The position numbers and the translations under genes are program-made. Shown here piece after piece: positions 13,640 through 24,762 of a stretch of DNA of 64,000 nucleotides. The notes beneath the pieces were generated by a model, which worked only from the letters and a program-made list of their open reading frames with translations, ran no database searches and was not told the origin of the DNA. Source of the stretch: Azolla caroliniana (taxonomy: Eukaryota > Plantae > Polypodiophyta); assembly GCA_043228905.1 (NCBI GenBank), contig JBHGNT010000004.1, forward strand, positions 11,160,001 through 11,224,000, given 5' to 3'. Every line of letters starts with the position of its first letter. The stretch's first letter is position 1.

Positions 13640-14065
13640 CGATACCTCGTGTCGTCGGGTCCCGTTCCCTACCGCCACCGTCCTTCTCCCTTGGTCTCAC
13701 GTTGCCACGTTGGCCGAACTGCCGGAGCCTCCGGATCGGTGTGAGGGTCCCATAGGACCGGACTCCGTTTCTATGCTTGCCGAAATTCGGGTGTCTTTTG
13801 TTTAAGTCCCTCCCGGACTCTCCTCGTGTCTTCCGCGTAGTCGGGTCCCGTTTCCCGCCACCACCTTCCTTCTCCCTCGGTCTTACGTTGCCACGTTGGC
13901 CGAACAACCGGGGTCTCTGGTTAAGTGTGGGGATCCCATAGGACCGGACTTCCTTACGCCCATTGTCTTCGTCACCTTGCCGCCATTGTCAGTATCTTGG
14001 TCTTACGTCGACCGCGTTGCCGACTGCCGAAGTCTCTAGAACTGGTGTGAAGGATCCTCCATCGA
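13640..14065. repeat. Degenerate tandem repeats inside the gag-only element (continued at 20948-21070)
   Basis: Units at ~13650-13765 and ~13837-13955 (period about 187 bp), and a pair at ~13965-14065 / ~20960-21065 split by the nested insertion. Confidence 0.75.
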
Positions 14066-14069
14066 CCGC

Positions 14070-14724
14070 TGTCGTGAAGAAAACCGTCCACAAGCGGAAT
14101 CGGTGCACCAGAGCGTAGGAACCGGCTCTTCATGCAACGTGCGCCTTATGTTGTACATAGGAGATCCTAGGCGGGCAGATTCGGTAGGTAGGAAGTAAAG
14201 GGGAAACGGCTCCTTCCTAGCCTATAAAAGGAGGGAGACGAGGAGGAGAAAAGGGGATCGCGGAGAGTCGAGGACGAAGTGCTGTCGGTTTGCGTGCGAA
14301 GGCTTCTCTCTCTCTCTCTCTCTTTCTGGTTGCAAATGCCATAGCTTCCTTCTGTGCAGGTTTCGGGAGGCCCGCGCTGCTCTGAGGAATGCCCGAGTGC
14401 TTCCGGCAGCACCTCCAACCTACTCATCCTCCTCTGTGCGTTTACGAGCAGGTATCAGCATCTGTTCGCCGGCCTGTTCGGTTGTAACCGACTTCGTGTT
14501 TTGTTGTCTTTGTGTTCTTGTTGTTTCTCCTGTCAATACATACATACTTTCGTGTCTTTCTGTGTCGCTGTCCCACTCGCGTCTTTGCGTCGAAGGGCCG
14601 TGTCCCTGTGAATCTACGCTCGCACGTAGTGGGTCTCTCTCTCTCTCTCTCTCTCTCTTACTCTTCGGTACAGGACCCCCGAGGTCCCGCCTCACTCCAC
14701 GCATCCGCGAGGAATACCTCGACA
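14070..14724 (+). repeat. 5' LTR of gypsy copy D
   Basis: TGTCG...CGACA, TATAAAA near 14223, (CT)n tracts; direct repeat of 20296-20943. Confidence 0.95.
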
Positions 14725-14768
14725 TATTTGGTGAACCCGACGTGAAAGAGGCGGCAAAAGAGCAGAAG

Positions 14769-16759
14769 ATGAGGGGGTCGGATCTTGTAGAGGCCATGGC
14801 TTCAGCCGTGGATCGGATATTGAGCACACGCGAGGACACCGGTGCCCTCGAGTGGCGATGCCGAGCATCCATGCGGAGGTGCTCGAGGTATGGGCGGAGA
14901 GCCGTACCTGGGAGGAGTTCGAAGGCCGACTCCTAGAGAAATATGGGTTGGACGACGCGCTTCGGCTTTCGAAACGGGACTTCATGGAATGGGTGGAGTC
15001 CCCCGGCAAAGGAAGAAACGCGTCGGCACTCCTCTGGGAGTTCGAAGAACGCTTTGCGCGCCTTTCGGCGCTTGACCGAACCATTCTGGATACGAGCCGG
15101 GTCCTACTGTTCGTCAAGTCGGTGGACGAGCGGGACCGGGATCAAGTCGGCTCCTTGCTGGAAACTGAAGACGGGCTGACAACCGACTGGGCTGCGGTTA
15201 AGAGAGTCTGTGGCCGTTTCGACAAATGGCGAGAATGGGCTGACAACGGGGCGGCCGGTGTGGGCTCTGTTACAGCAAGGAGGCTTGAACCGGCACCGCA
15301 AGTGCGAAGGGAAGAAACCCGGGAATGGCCCGAAACCGGTCCGGCTTCGACCAGCATGGTCAATGGCTCGTCCGGAGGAGCAGCGCTAGAGGAGTTGACG
15401 CGGGCGATAAAGGATCTCCAGATCGCCCAGACTCGAAGGGAAGGCGGCGAACCGGCTCGTGACCGACGGCCGGCAGCGGGGAACAGGTGCATGTGGTGCG
15501 ACGAGGTCGGCCACATTCGGAAGGATTGCGGCGATTTCGCAGAGGCGTTGAGAAACCGGGTGGTGTACCTGTGGGAAGGCCGGGTGCACGCTGGCGACAC
15601 TAGGAGGGCCCTGAGCCGAAACGACGGGCGAGGAGGTATGAAGAGACTGATGGAAGAGGCAGCGGCCCGACACGTGGAGGCCATCCACTACTCGGCGTCA
15701 GCCGGTATTCAGGTCGGGGGCAGCGAGGCCCGAAAAGAGAGTAAAGACGGTTTCTGGTCGGCAATGCTGGAAGGCCTCGCCGGCGCGCGGCTGAGGAAAG
15801 ATGAAACGGACCGCGCTGAGAGACGGGTCCGGGAAATAACCGGGTGGAGCGATCCAGTCGAGGAGAAGACGGGCTTCGTAGAAGCCGCTTGCCGGAACTA
15901 CGAGGCTCTGGTAGAAGAAAAACGAGTGGGGAAAGCCGGAGCGGCCGGGCCCTCACAACGGTACGAGACCCGATTCGGGCAACGACGGAACGATGCCGGT
16001 GGGCCCGGCCCGCAAGATAACCCCAGGAAGGGCGGGTACCGACTGGGGACAGAAATAGAAAGGACTACGGACCTACGAAAGGTCCTAGAAGAACGGATCC
16101 TCGACAGCAAAGTGGAGCTGTCATTACGGGAGGTGCTAGGGATCGCCAAGAAGGAGTTCCACGACTCCATTGTAAACTTGGTGAAACGGAAGAGACTGTT
16201 GACGGAGACGAAACCGGAAAGACCGGTGGAGGTGCGGACGACGCACATCGACGACTCGGCGCTGGAAGATGAGTGGGCGGAGAGCCACTATTCGAGGCCA
16301 CACTGGGCCCGAGCGACCACGGAGACCCCGGTAAAAATCGGAGGTGTTCAGGAACCGGTGGTGGCGTTGGTGGACCACGGTTCGGAAATAAACCTAATGT
16401 CCATGGACTTCTATAAGAAGGGAAAGTGGCCGATCAACACCAGGCACGGGTGGAAGATACGGGCGGCGACGCGCGCCACCGAGGAACTGCACGGGGCCTG
16501 CCCGAATGTGCGAGTAAAGATCGGCGACGTCGAGATTGACCAGCACTTCTTCGTACAGGAGACGTCCTCGCATCCGGTCATATTAGGGGAACCATACATC
16601 ATGGCAGCTCGAATGGAGACCAAGGTGCTAGACAACGGTTCGGCCTACGCAAGGGTCAAAAGCCAGGACGGGCGCCATTCGGTCCAATTTCTGACCGTGA
16701 GACCGAATCACGAGAGGAACCGCGAATCCCTCGGTGGCGAGACCCGGGAGGATTTTTAG
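14769..16759 (+). CDS. Gag-protease polyprotein of gypsy copy D (frameshifting deletion near the N-terminus; open from 14852)
   Basis: 635-aa ORF with CMWCDEVGHIRKDC knuckle and ALVDHGSEIN...VILGEP protease. About 45 codons present in copy C are missing at ~14850. Confidence 0.9.
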
Positions 16760-16816
16760 AGAGGGCTGCCAAGGCGTGGGGCCGAGACAGTCCGGACACT
16801 CGGGAAAGACCCCACG
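16750..16816 (+). promoter_or_regulatory. Putative -1 programmed ribosomal frameshift signal (slippery heptamer plus pseudoknot)
   Basis: G GAT TTT TAG, 6-nt spacer, stem 1 16763-16768/16788-16793, stem 2 16775-16781/16810-16816. The -1 frame is open into pol. Confidence 0.8.
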
Positions 16817-19800
16817 ACTGTACGATAGGTAGAAAATTTTGCTTCTCCAACAATGGAGAGTGTATGATAGTCGGCATCGTCGGCCGAGAAAAGACAAGGG
16901 CGGAAGTGCGACTTCGAGCGTGCGGAGTTCTCGGCCCGGACGAGGAAATCAGCGGAGCCGTGGAGACGGTCTCCTTCGACGACACCTTGGGAATGCTGAG
17001 GAAGGTAGCCGGAGAAGACCTTAACGAAGACCGGACGATACCGGTATGTTCCGAAGAGATGTACGAAGTCATCGCGAACTGCAGTCAGGGGCTCGGGTCG
17101 GATCGCATGGCCCGAGTTAGCATGAAGTACAAGACTGTGGACCGGAAGGTAAGGCCAGTCGCGGCACCCTTGCCAGAGGGCAGCGAGTCCCGAATCAGAG
17201 GGGTGGCGTCGGACCCCAGTTTACGAGACCCGGCCTGCATAGGACACACCTTCACCGACGGGACGCTCCGGGAGCTCAGGATCGGTGGGGGCGGGTTCCT
17301 ACTGCCTGCGGAGGAAGACCGGTTTCGGAAAATGCTCGGAAGGCACGGGAAAGCCTTCGCATTCTCGTCGGAAGAAATCGGGTGCGTAGACCCGACGATC
17401 GTGGAGCCGATGGTGATATTCACGGTACCACATGTACCGTGGAATCTCAAGCCGATTCCAGTACCGAGAGCTCACATCCCGAAGTTGATGGAGCTATTGA
17501 GGCAGAAAGTCGATATGGGTATTCTCGAACCGTCGAGCGCGCCATACTCGAACCGATGGTTTACCGTACCAAAGAAGAACGGAACATTGCGCTTCATTCA
17601 GGACCTGTAGCCGGTCAACAGAGTGACCATCCGGAACGCAGGAATCGGACCGACCATAGACGAATTCGCGGAGGCCTTCGCCGGAAGGTCAATTTACTCG
17701 GTCGGTGATCTGTACTCGGGGTACGACCAGTTCCAGCTAGCCGTGGAGAGCAGAGACATTACGACAATGCGAACTCCCCTCGGCCTAGTGCGAATGTGTA
17801 CCCTGCCACAAGGAGGGACCAACTCGGTGGCCCACATGGTGAATGCAATGAACAAAGTACTGAGGGATTGCATCCCGGACATGACCATGCCGTTTCTAGA
17901 CGACATCCCCATAAAGGGGTGCCCGGTGGAAGAGAAGGACGAGACACTCGGGCCGGACGGATGCCGGCGATTCGTAGCAACACACATCGACGACTGCGAG
18001 AAGGTGCTACAAAGGCTAGAGGATGCGAGGCTCACCTTCTCCGGGGAGAAATCGGCCTTCGGGCAATCAGAAATCCTGGTGGTCGGGCATCTATGTGGAC
18101 CATATGGCCGGAAGCCGTCTCCGACAAAGGTAGAAGCCATCTCCGCGATGAAGACCGACTATAGCTCGGTTACGGAAGTTCGGAGGTTCCTGGGGGCATG
18201 CGCGTTCTACCACATATGGATCCCGCATTACGCCCATGTTGCAGAGCCACTATACGGGTTGTTGAAGAAGGGGCAAAGATTCGAGTGGCGAGACGAGCAC
18301 ACGGGGTCGGTCCGGAAGCTGAAGGAGGCTCTTACGGCAGCACCGGCGCTCCGGAAGGCTGTCTACGAGAAGGGTACCCCGGTATACATAACGGTGGATA
18401 CGAGCCCGACCGGGATCGGATGGGTCGTCAACCAAGAAGACGAGGACGGCACCCGGTTCCCGATCCGATTCGGCGCTAAGGTCCTCAGTGAGCGACAGCG
18501 AGGGTACGCCCAGGTTAAACGCGAACTCTGGGGTATCGTTTCAGCGGTAAAGGTGGACAAAGACTACCTGATCGGGACAGAAGTGATTATCGAGACGGAT
18601 TGCTTGCCGATTCTCGGCATGGTTTCCGGATCCGCGACACCGGACCTGGCGATGCTCAAGTGGATAGCGTACATCAAGTCCCTAGACCCGGAGATACGAC
18701 ACATTTCCAGAAAGGACAACGCCATGGCCGACATGCTTTCGAGGGCGAGGTTTGATGACGAGGGCGGCATGGTTTCGGAGGACGAAGAAGTCGGCGTGGA
18801 CTTCTTCGAGGCGGCGTACGTGACGACCGATGGGACGAGCACTCCGGCACTTAACGACTTCGACGAGAGCAAGTACGACGGCGAGTGGCTCCAGATCGGT
18901 GGATTCTTGAGGACATTGACGCCGGATGCGTCATGGACGAAGGACGAGGCCAACCGGATCCGGAAGAAAGCTTACCGATTCTTTCTCCGGGACGGATACT
19001 TATGGAAGCACCTGAAGAAGAGGGACAGCACTCCGCTCCGGGTGGTGGCGATGAAGGAAGAACAGGAGGAGCTGCTGACGGCCTACCACGACAACCCTTG
19101 GGCCGGACACCGTGGAACCTGGGCCACGTTCGAGAAGATAAAGGGGAAGTACTGGTGGCCGGGACTGTACCGAGACGTGCATCGATTCGTGACAACTTGC
19201 AGGAGCTGTCAGATGCACTCCGTGGTCCGACACCGGGACGAGCTTCACCCTACGTACCCTCCGACCATCCACTTCAAATGGATGGTAGACCTGGTGACGA
19301 TGCCGATGGGAGTAGGACAGATGCGGTATATGGTCCTGGCTCGGCAAGATCTAACGAACCAGGTAGAAGGCCGGGCCCTTCAGAACAAAACGACCGCGGC
19401 CGTATGTCGGTTCCTGATTGAGGACGTGATATGCCGGTACGGGTGCGTCGGGAAGATTGTGGCTGATCGCGGGGAGTTGGACGCCGAAGAGGCCGAGGAG
19501 CTGTTCGACCGGCTAGGAGTCAAGCTCTCGCTTACCACTGCGTACAATCCGGAGGCGAATGGAAAGGTGGAGCGCGGACACGGACCAATCGTCAAGGCGT
19601 TAGTTCGGGCATGCGGAGGTCAAGTCGGGAACTGGCCGCGGCTGCTGCCTTACGCGTTGTGGGCAGACCGAACTACGCATAGTTCAGTAACCGGATTCAT
19701 GCCGGCAGAACTCATGTTTGGGCAGAAGCCGGTCATGCCAATGGAACGTACGATCTCCTCGTGGGCAACCGTGGACTGGAGAAATGAGATGAGCAGGGAG

Positions 19801-20223
19801 GAACTGCTGGCGGCGCGCATACGACAGCTCGAGCGGAGACCGGAGGACGTGGAGCGGGCTGCGGAAAGGCTTCGGGTGGCCAGGACGAGGAACAAAGCCC
19901 AGTTCGACCGGACGCACCGGCTCCGACCGAAGAAGATCGAGGAAGGCGACTGGGTGCTAGTCTACGACAGCAGCCTCGACAACCAGCACCGAGCGACACG
20001 GAAGTTCGCAAGAAGGTGGTTCGGGCCTTACGTGGTACAAAGCGCCAACAACAATGGGACGTACCATCTGGCGGAGCTCGACGGTACGCGAATGGCGATA
20101 CCGGTAGCAGGGAAGCGGGTCAAAGCGTTCAAGAAGCGTCACGACAACGAGCCGGATCCGGTTAACCTGGACCGGGACGACGAACGATCCGAAACCGAGG
20201 AAGAACCGACGGGCGGGGAATGA
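16750..20223 (+). CDS. Pol (RT, RNase H, integrase) of gypsy copy D, one premature stop at 17608-17610
   Basis: ORFs 16864-17610 and 17623-20223 are in the same frame. LPQG and FLDD (RT), TVDTS/ETDCLP (RNase H), HHCC, D-D-E and GPY motifs (integrase); no chromodomain. Confidence 0.93.
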
Positions 20224-20295
20224 GGTTGGACCGGTTTTCTACGTCCCAACACAATTTGGCGCATGCCGGTGGATGCGCGGTTAGGTGGGGGCGGA

Positions 20296-20943
20296 TGTCA
20301 TGAAGAAAACCGTCCACAAGCGGAATCGGTGCACCAGAGCGTAGGAACCGGCTCTTCATGCACGTGCGCCTTATGTTGTACATAGGAGATCCTAGGTGGG
20401 CAGATTCGGTAGGTAGGAAGTAAAGGGGAAACGGCTCCTTCCTAGCCTATAAAAGGAGGGAGACGAGGAGGAGAAAAGGGGATCGCGGAGAGTCGAGGAC
20501 GAAGTGCTGTCGGTTTGCGTGCGAAGGCTTCTCTCTCTCTCTCTCTTTCTGGTTGCAAACGCCATAGCTTCCTTCTGTGCAGGTTTCGGGAGGCCCGCGC
20601 TGCTCTGAGGAATGCCCGAGTGCTTCCGGCAGCACCTCCAACCTACTCATCCCCCTCTGTGCGTTTACGAGCAGGTATCGACATCTGTTCGCCGGCCTGT
20701 TCGGTTGTAACCGACTTCGTGTTTTGTTGTCTTCGTGTTCTTGTTGTTTGTCCTGTCAATACATACATACTTTCGTGTCTTTCTGTGTCGCTGTCCCACT
20801 CGCGTCTTTGCGTCGAAGGGCCGTGTCCCTGTGAATCTACGCTCGCACGTAGTGGGTCTCTCTCTCTCTCTCTCTCTTACTCTTCGGTACAGGACCCCCG
20901 AGGTCCCGCCTCACTCCACGCATCCGCGAGGAATACCTCGACA
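20296..20943 (+). repeat. 3' LTR of gypsy copy D
   Basis: Direct repeat of 14070-14724, preceded by the PPT. Confidence 0.95.
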
Positions 20944-21489
20944 CCGCCCTTTTGTAGCCCTTGCCTTCGTCACCTCGCCGCCACCGTCAGTATCTCGGTC
21001 TTACGTCGACCGCGTTGCCGACTGCCGAAGTCTCTAGACCCGGTGTGAAGGATCCTTCGTCGGCCTCCGATTGGTCTTCCCGACCCTGTCCCGGGTCGTC
21101 CTTTTCCTCATGCCGAGAGGGCGGTTTACTCCGCACCCTCTCCCGTGGTACCGATGTACCGTGTCCTCGGCCTCTACGTAGGCCGGCTCTTTCCCTCCCT
21201 CCCGGAATGGTTATCCGGGAGTCCTCTCCGCTCGGTTCTCGTCCGGGTTTTCGACCTTCGCCCGGTCGGTCTTTCTCCCCATGTAAAAGAGGGCGGCTCG
21301 TCCCGCACCCCCTTCCGTATCGGCACTTTCATGTCGACTCCGGCTCCGATCGAACGATCCACGACCGGATCACGCTCCACCCGTATCGGAATGCCGATCG
21401 CCTCGTGCCGCATCCGCCCTCGGCCTCCTCGCAGGCCGTTTCCCATCCTACTTCGCTGGCATCGTGCCAGGACTCCTCGGTACTGCCAT

Positions 21490-22767
21490 TCATCTCCTCG
21501 GTCTTACATGGGCAAAGGGGCCGAATGCCGAGTTCTCCGGAATCGGGTCTGTGGGCTTTCGTCCGCTCCTTCCCCGTATCGTCTCGCCGGTGATTCTTGG
21601 CCTTTCGCCGCCGCCTTCTTCCGCTTGGGACTCACGTGGGCACTCGGGCCCGAGTGCCATCGTCTCGGGAGCAAGTGTGGGAAGACACAAAGAATCGCCC
21701 GTCCGTTTTACGCCCTTGCCCGTAGCCACCGACTCTTCGTGGTCGGCGGTCATCTTCTTACCGATCGCGCAAGCCCCGTCTGGGCTTGCCTCTCCAATGA
21801 CCGGGATCTCGGGCTGACACGCCCAAAACCGCTGGTCCCAACGTTCTGGTTCCGCGATCAATATCTCGGCCTCGTCCTTGGCCATTCTATCTCCGCAAGT
21901 CGAGAGGGTGGCTCGTCCCTCACCCCCTCCCGTGGTACCATCGTACCGATCTTCCGCCGTCGCGTGGGGCAAGTCCGTCTCCTCGGTCTCAGCTTCCGGC
22001 CTCGATCCCCCTTCTTCCTCGAGCATCGCTTTGAGCGCTGCGTACGCCTCCGCAATCCTGGCCCCAACGCCGACCCTTGCCGACTCTCCCTGCCGTCCGG
22101 CCTCTTCCCGCTGTGATGGCACGCCGTCGCGTACCTTCCTCTTAGCCTTCTCGGCTCGCTCGTTGTCTAGCCTTTGGCACACCCTTCCGACCCTCGACCA
22201 GTCCTCCGTAAGCCCATTCGCTCCATCATCGTCTTCGAGCTCAATCCCGATGGCTTCCCGTTCCGCTCGGTCGATCGACCTGACGAACAAAAGGACTTTG
22301 TCCGCCCCCACCAAACCTTGTTCCCGCTCTGGGAGCCGAGCAAGTCGTCGCTCGAACTCCCGGAACACCTTCGTCGCACCCCGGTGGGTCTTTGCCGATG
22401 CTACCCACTGGTTGAAGTGGTGCCGTCCCCGGCTCTTCCACCATCCTCCGTATGCCTTCAGGAGCGCCTCTTCGAAGGCCTCCCACGAACCACGAGCCTC
22501 ACGGAGCTCCACTACTTCCGCGTGCATCCGGACAGCTACGACCCGACAAAAGAACTCCAGCCTCAATGCCTCGTCTACGCCACGCTCTTCCATTTCCGCG
22601 TTGTAGGCTTCCAAGTAAGATGGGTATTTGTCCCCGTTGAAACGGCCGACTCTTTCGACCACTCGCCCAACCGCTTGTTGCGCTGCTTCTCGCCTCATCA
22701 CCACTCGTGCCAACTCCAACACCACTTCGGCCACCATCTCCACAAGGTCGTCGTCTTCCGACTCCAT
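21490..22767 (-). CDS. Gag-like protein (capsid-like N-terminus plus low-complexity tail) of the gag-only element
   Basis: 425-aa ORF starting just after the PBS. VGRFNG..YLEAY..EM, FREFERRLARL, KVLLFVRSID and GLTEDW align with the gag of copies C and D; no knuckle or protease seen. Confidence 0.8.
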   Translation of the reverse strand: MESEDDDLVEMVAEVVLELARVVMRREAAQQAVGRVVERVGRFNGDKYPSYLEAYNAEMEERGVDEALRLEFFCRVVAVRMHAEVVELREARGSWEAFEEALLKAYGGWWKSRGRHHFNQWVASAKTHRGATKVFREFERRLARLPEREQGLVGADKVLLFVRSIDRAEREAIGIELEDDDGANGLTEDWSRVGRVCQRLDNERAEKAKRKVRDGVPSQREEAGRQGESARVGVGARIAEAYAALKAMLEEEGGSRPEAETEETDLPHATAEDRYDGTTGGGEGRATLSTCGDRMAKDEAEILIAEPERWDQRFWACQPEIPVIGEASPDGACAIGKKMTADHEESVATGKGVKRTGDSLCLPTLAPETMALGPECPRESQAEEGGGERPRITGETIRGRSGRKPTDPIPENSAFGPFAHVRPRR

Positions 22768-22804
22768 CCACCCTTGCCGCCTTTCACGTCGGGTTCACCA
22801 AAGA

Positions 22805-23578
22805 TGTCGCATTGTTACGCGCGTGCGTGGAGAAAGGCGGGACCACGGGGGTCTTGGACTAGGGAGCGACGGAGCGTAGGAAGTCGCACTTCACCGTTTC
22901 TGGGGCACCCTTGAAACGCACCGGAAGCAGCCGAAGGGAGAGAGGGAGTGAGAGAGCGTGCTTGACACCGACTCACGCGCGCGCACACACACACCCACAC
23001 ACACGCACACACACACACGCACTCGCCCTCTTGTACAAGAAACGCAGGGAAGGAGGGGAGCACCCGACACCAACAAGACGCAAATATACACAGACAGACG
23101 CAAACGTATATGTATATATATATAAGTAGAATACACTCCTGGCTTCGAGCCGGACCAAGATAGTTTACAACAGTCGTCTGCTGTCAAGCCGCCGTCAGGG
23201 AGCTCTCGGGCTCGTCGCACCGAGCGGGGTCTTGCACAAGAGATAAGCTGCAGCCAACCCTAAACGAACACGAAGGGGGAGAAGAAGAAGCGGAAGAAAC
23301 CTAACCCTAAACCTACCGGTATACCCTCTAATCCAAAATGGGCAACCCTTTCACAAAGGGCGTTCCCTTCCTTTTATAGAACAAGGAAAGGGATGCGTTA
23401 CAATGTGGGACAAATCCCGCCTTACAAGGATCGTCTGCCCCGACTTGACTACTCTTCGGCGCCATAAAGGCGCCCTCGATATTCACACTAAATGTACATG
23501 GGTGCATACACACGCTGCACCCCGCCGATGTAGCCAATGTTTCCCGGTTTTCGCCTATGGGCGAAATTCTTCACGACA
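22805..23578 (-). repeat. 5' LTR of the gag-only element
   Basis: TGTCG...CACGACA; TATA (minus-strand CTATAAAAGG) near 23375; telo-box-like AAACCCT motifs. Confidence 0.9.
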
Positions 23579-24016
23579 ACACGTTCCTCCCCTTTCTGGG
23601 AGTCTCCACCAACTCCATGAAATGCCGCTTCGATAGTCGAAGCGAGTCGTCAAGCATGTACCTTTCAAGGAGTTGACCTTCGAATTCTCCCCAGGTCCGG
23701 TAGCCAGCCTGTACCTCGAGCACCTCTGCGTGGATGCCTGACATCGCCACCCAAGGGAATCCAGCTAGTCGCCTGTCCTCCGGGATATCCCTCATCTCCA
23801 TCTCAGCTCGATAGGCCTCCAAATAGCTCGTGGCATACTTCCCACCGAACCGGCCTATTGTGCCAACAATCATTTTAATGGCCTTGTCGAGGGTGCCTGT
23901 GCCCTCACGAGAACTCACTATCCGATCCACGGCTGCCGCCATGGGTTCGGCAAGCTCCGATCCCCTCATCTTCGACTCCTCAGCCGCCTTGTTTCACGTC
24001 GGGTTCACCAAATTGA

Positions 24017-24762
24017 TGTCGTGTTGTTTCACTTACGCGTGAGAAACTAAGGCGGGACTGTGGGGGCTTTTGACCGAGGAGTGCAAGAGATCAAAGAGAG
24101 AGAGAGAGAGAGTGTCGGGCCGACAAATACCTGCTTCCGGTAAGCAGCGCTTACCGGCCGAATGAACCATGACCGCGTGTACAGAACGAAGAGAGACGCA
24201 CAACCACAAGAAAATGAAGGGAACCACGCAGGAAAACACTGAGAGAAGGAAAACAGGAGAATCAATTCCAATAATAAGAGTAATTACAACGATTGCAAGA
24301 TTACAACCGGCAAGACGGCAACAGACCCAACATAGGCGACTACACACCCACGCACGCACACAGTGGAGCCTCTACCGGAAGCACTCGGGCTTTCCTCGAA
24401 GTAGAGGCGACCGACCCAACACCCGCAGTGAACAATGATAAAGGATGAGAGAGCTTGGTTCCCAATCCGACAACGCCTCATCCTCGCCAAGACGCGATCC
24501 TCTCTTCAGTCTTCTCCCCTTTCTTTTTATAGGTCGTCGGGGAGGGACCGTTACATCCCGTCACATCACTTTTATTCTCTGTCCCTTTGGACGGAGATCC
24601 GATTCGATTTACTAACCTATTAATATATTCTTCCTAGGATATACACAGTACGCCGGCCTATTCCTAGTTATGTACAGAGTGTTGGTTTGAGTGCACATGC
24701 GTAAGTGCCGTTTCACACGCCTAATTTCTTGATTCCACCTAAGGCCGGTTTTCTCCACGACA
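24017..24762 (-). repeat. 5' LTR of gypsy copy C
   Basis: TGTCGTG...CACGACA next to the Trp PBS; matches 8335-9075. Confidence 0.9.

Larger units (their letters stand above)
14070..20943 (+). mobile_element. Near-intact Ty3/gypsy tRNA-Trp-primed retrotransposon (copy D), 6.9 kb
   Basis: LTRs 14070-14724 and 20296-20943 (roughly 8-9 substitutions by eye), TSD CCGC (14066-14069/20944-20947), PBS 14729-14746, PPT 20280-20295, gag-PR then pol. Confidence 0.96.
12156..23578 (-). mobile_element. Non-autonomous gag-only LTR element (TR-GAG-like), about 4.5 kb without the nested insert
   Basis: 5' LTR 22805-23578, 3' LTR 12156-12644, Trp PBS 22783-22800, PPT GTTAGGTGGGGGCGGA at 12645-12660, decayed TSD ACGT/ACAC. 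Contains a gag-like ORF and degenerate repeats; no RT, RNase H or integrase seen. Confidence 0.85.
8335..24762 (-). mobile_element. Ty3/gypsy tRNA-Trp-primed element (copy C), internally deleted, hosting two nested elements
   Basis: 5' LTR 24017-24762, 3' LTR 8335-~9075, PBS 23993-24010, 4-bp TSD ACGT (8331-8334/24763-24766). gag is split between 23579-23969 and 10407-12155. pol 9097-10415 is truncated in RT; RNase H and integrase are lost. Confidence 0.9.

Noticed and set aside
17608-17610. In-frame TAG within pol as programmed readthrough
   Set aside because: All sibling copies have a Gln codon here (QDLQPVN); it is a single C-to-T nonsense change.
9485-23220. Numerous overlapping and antisense ORFs, e.g. 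21145-22116, 22174-22914, 9866-10567
   Set aside because: Shadow ORFs expected in GC-rich TE sequence; no recognisable motifs.
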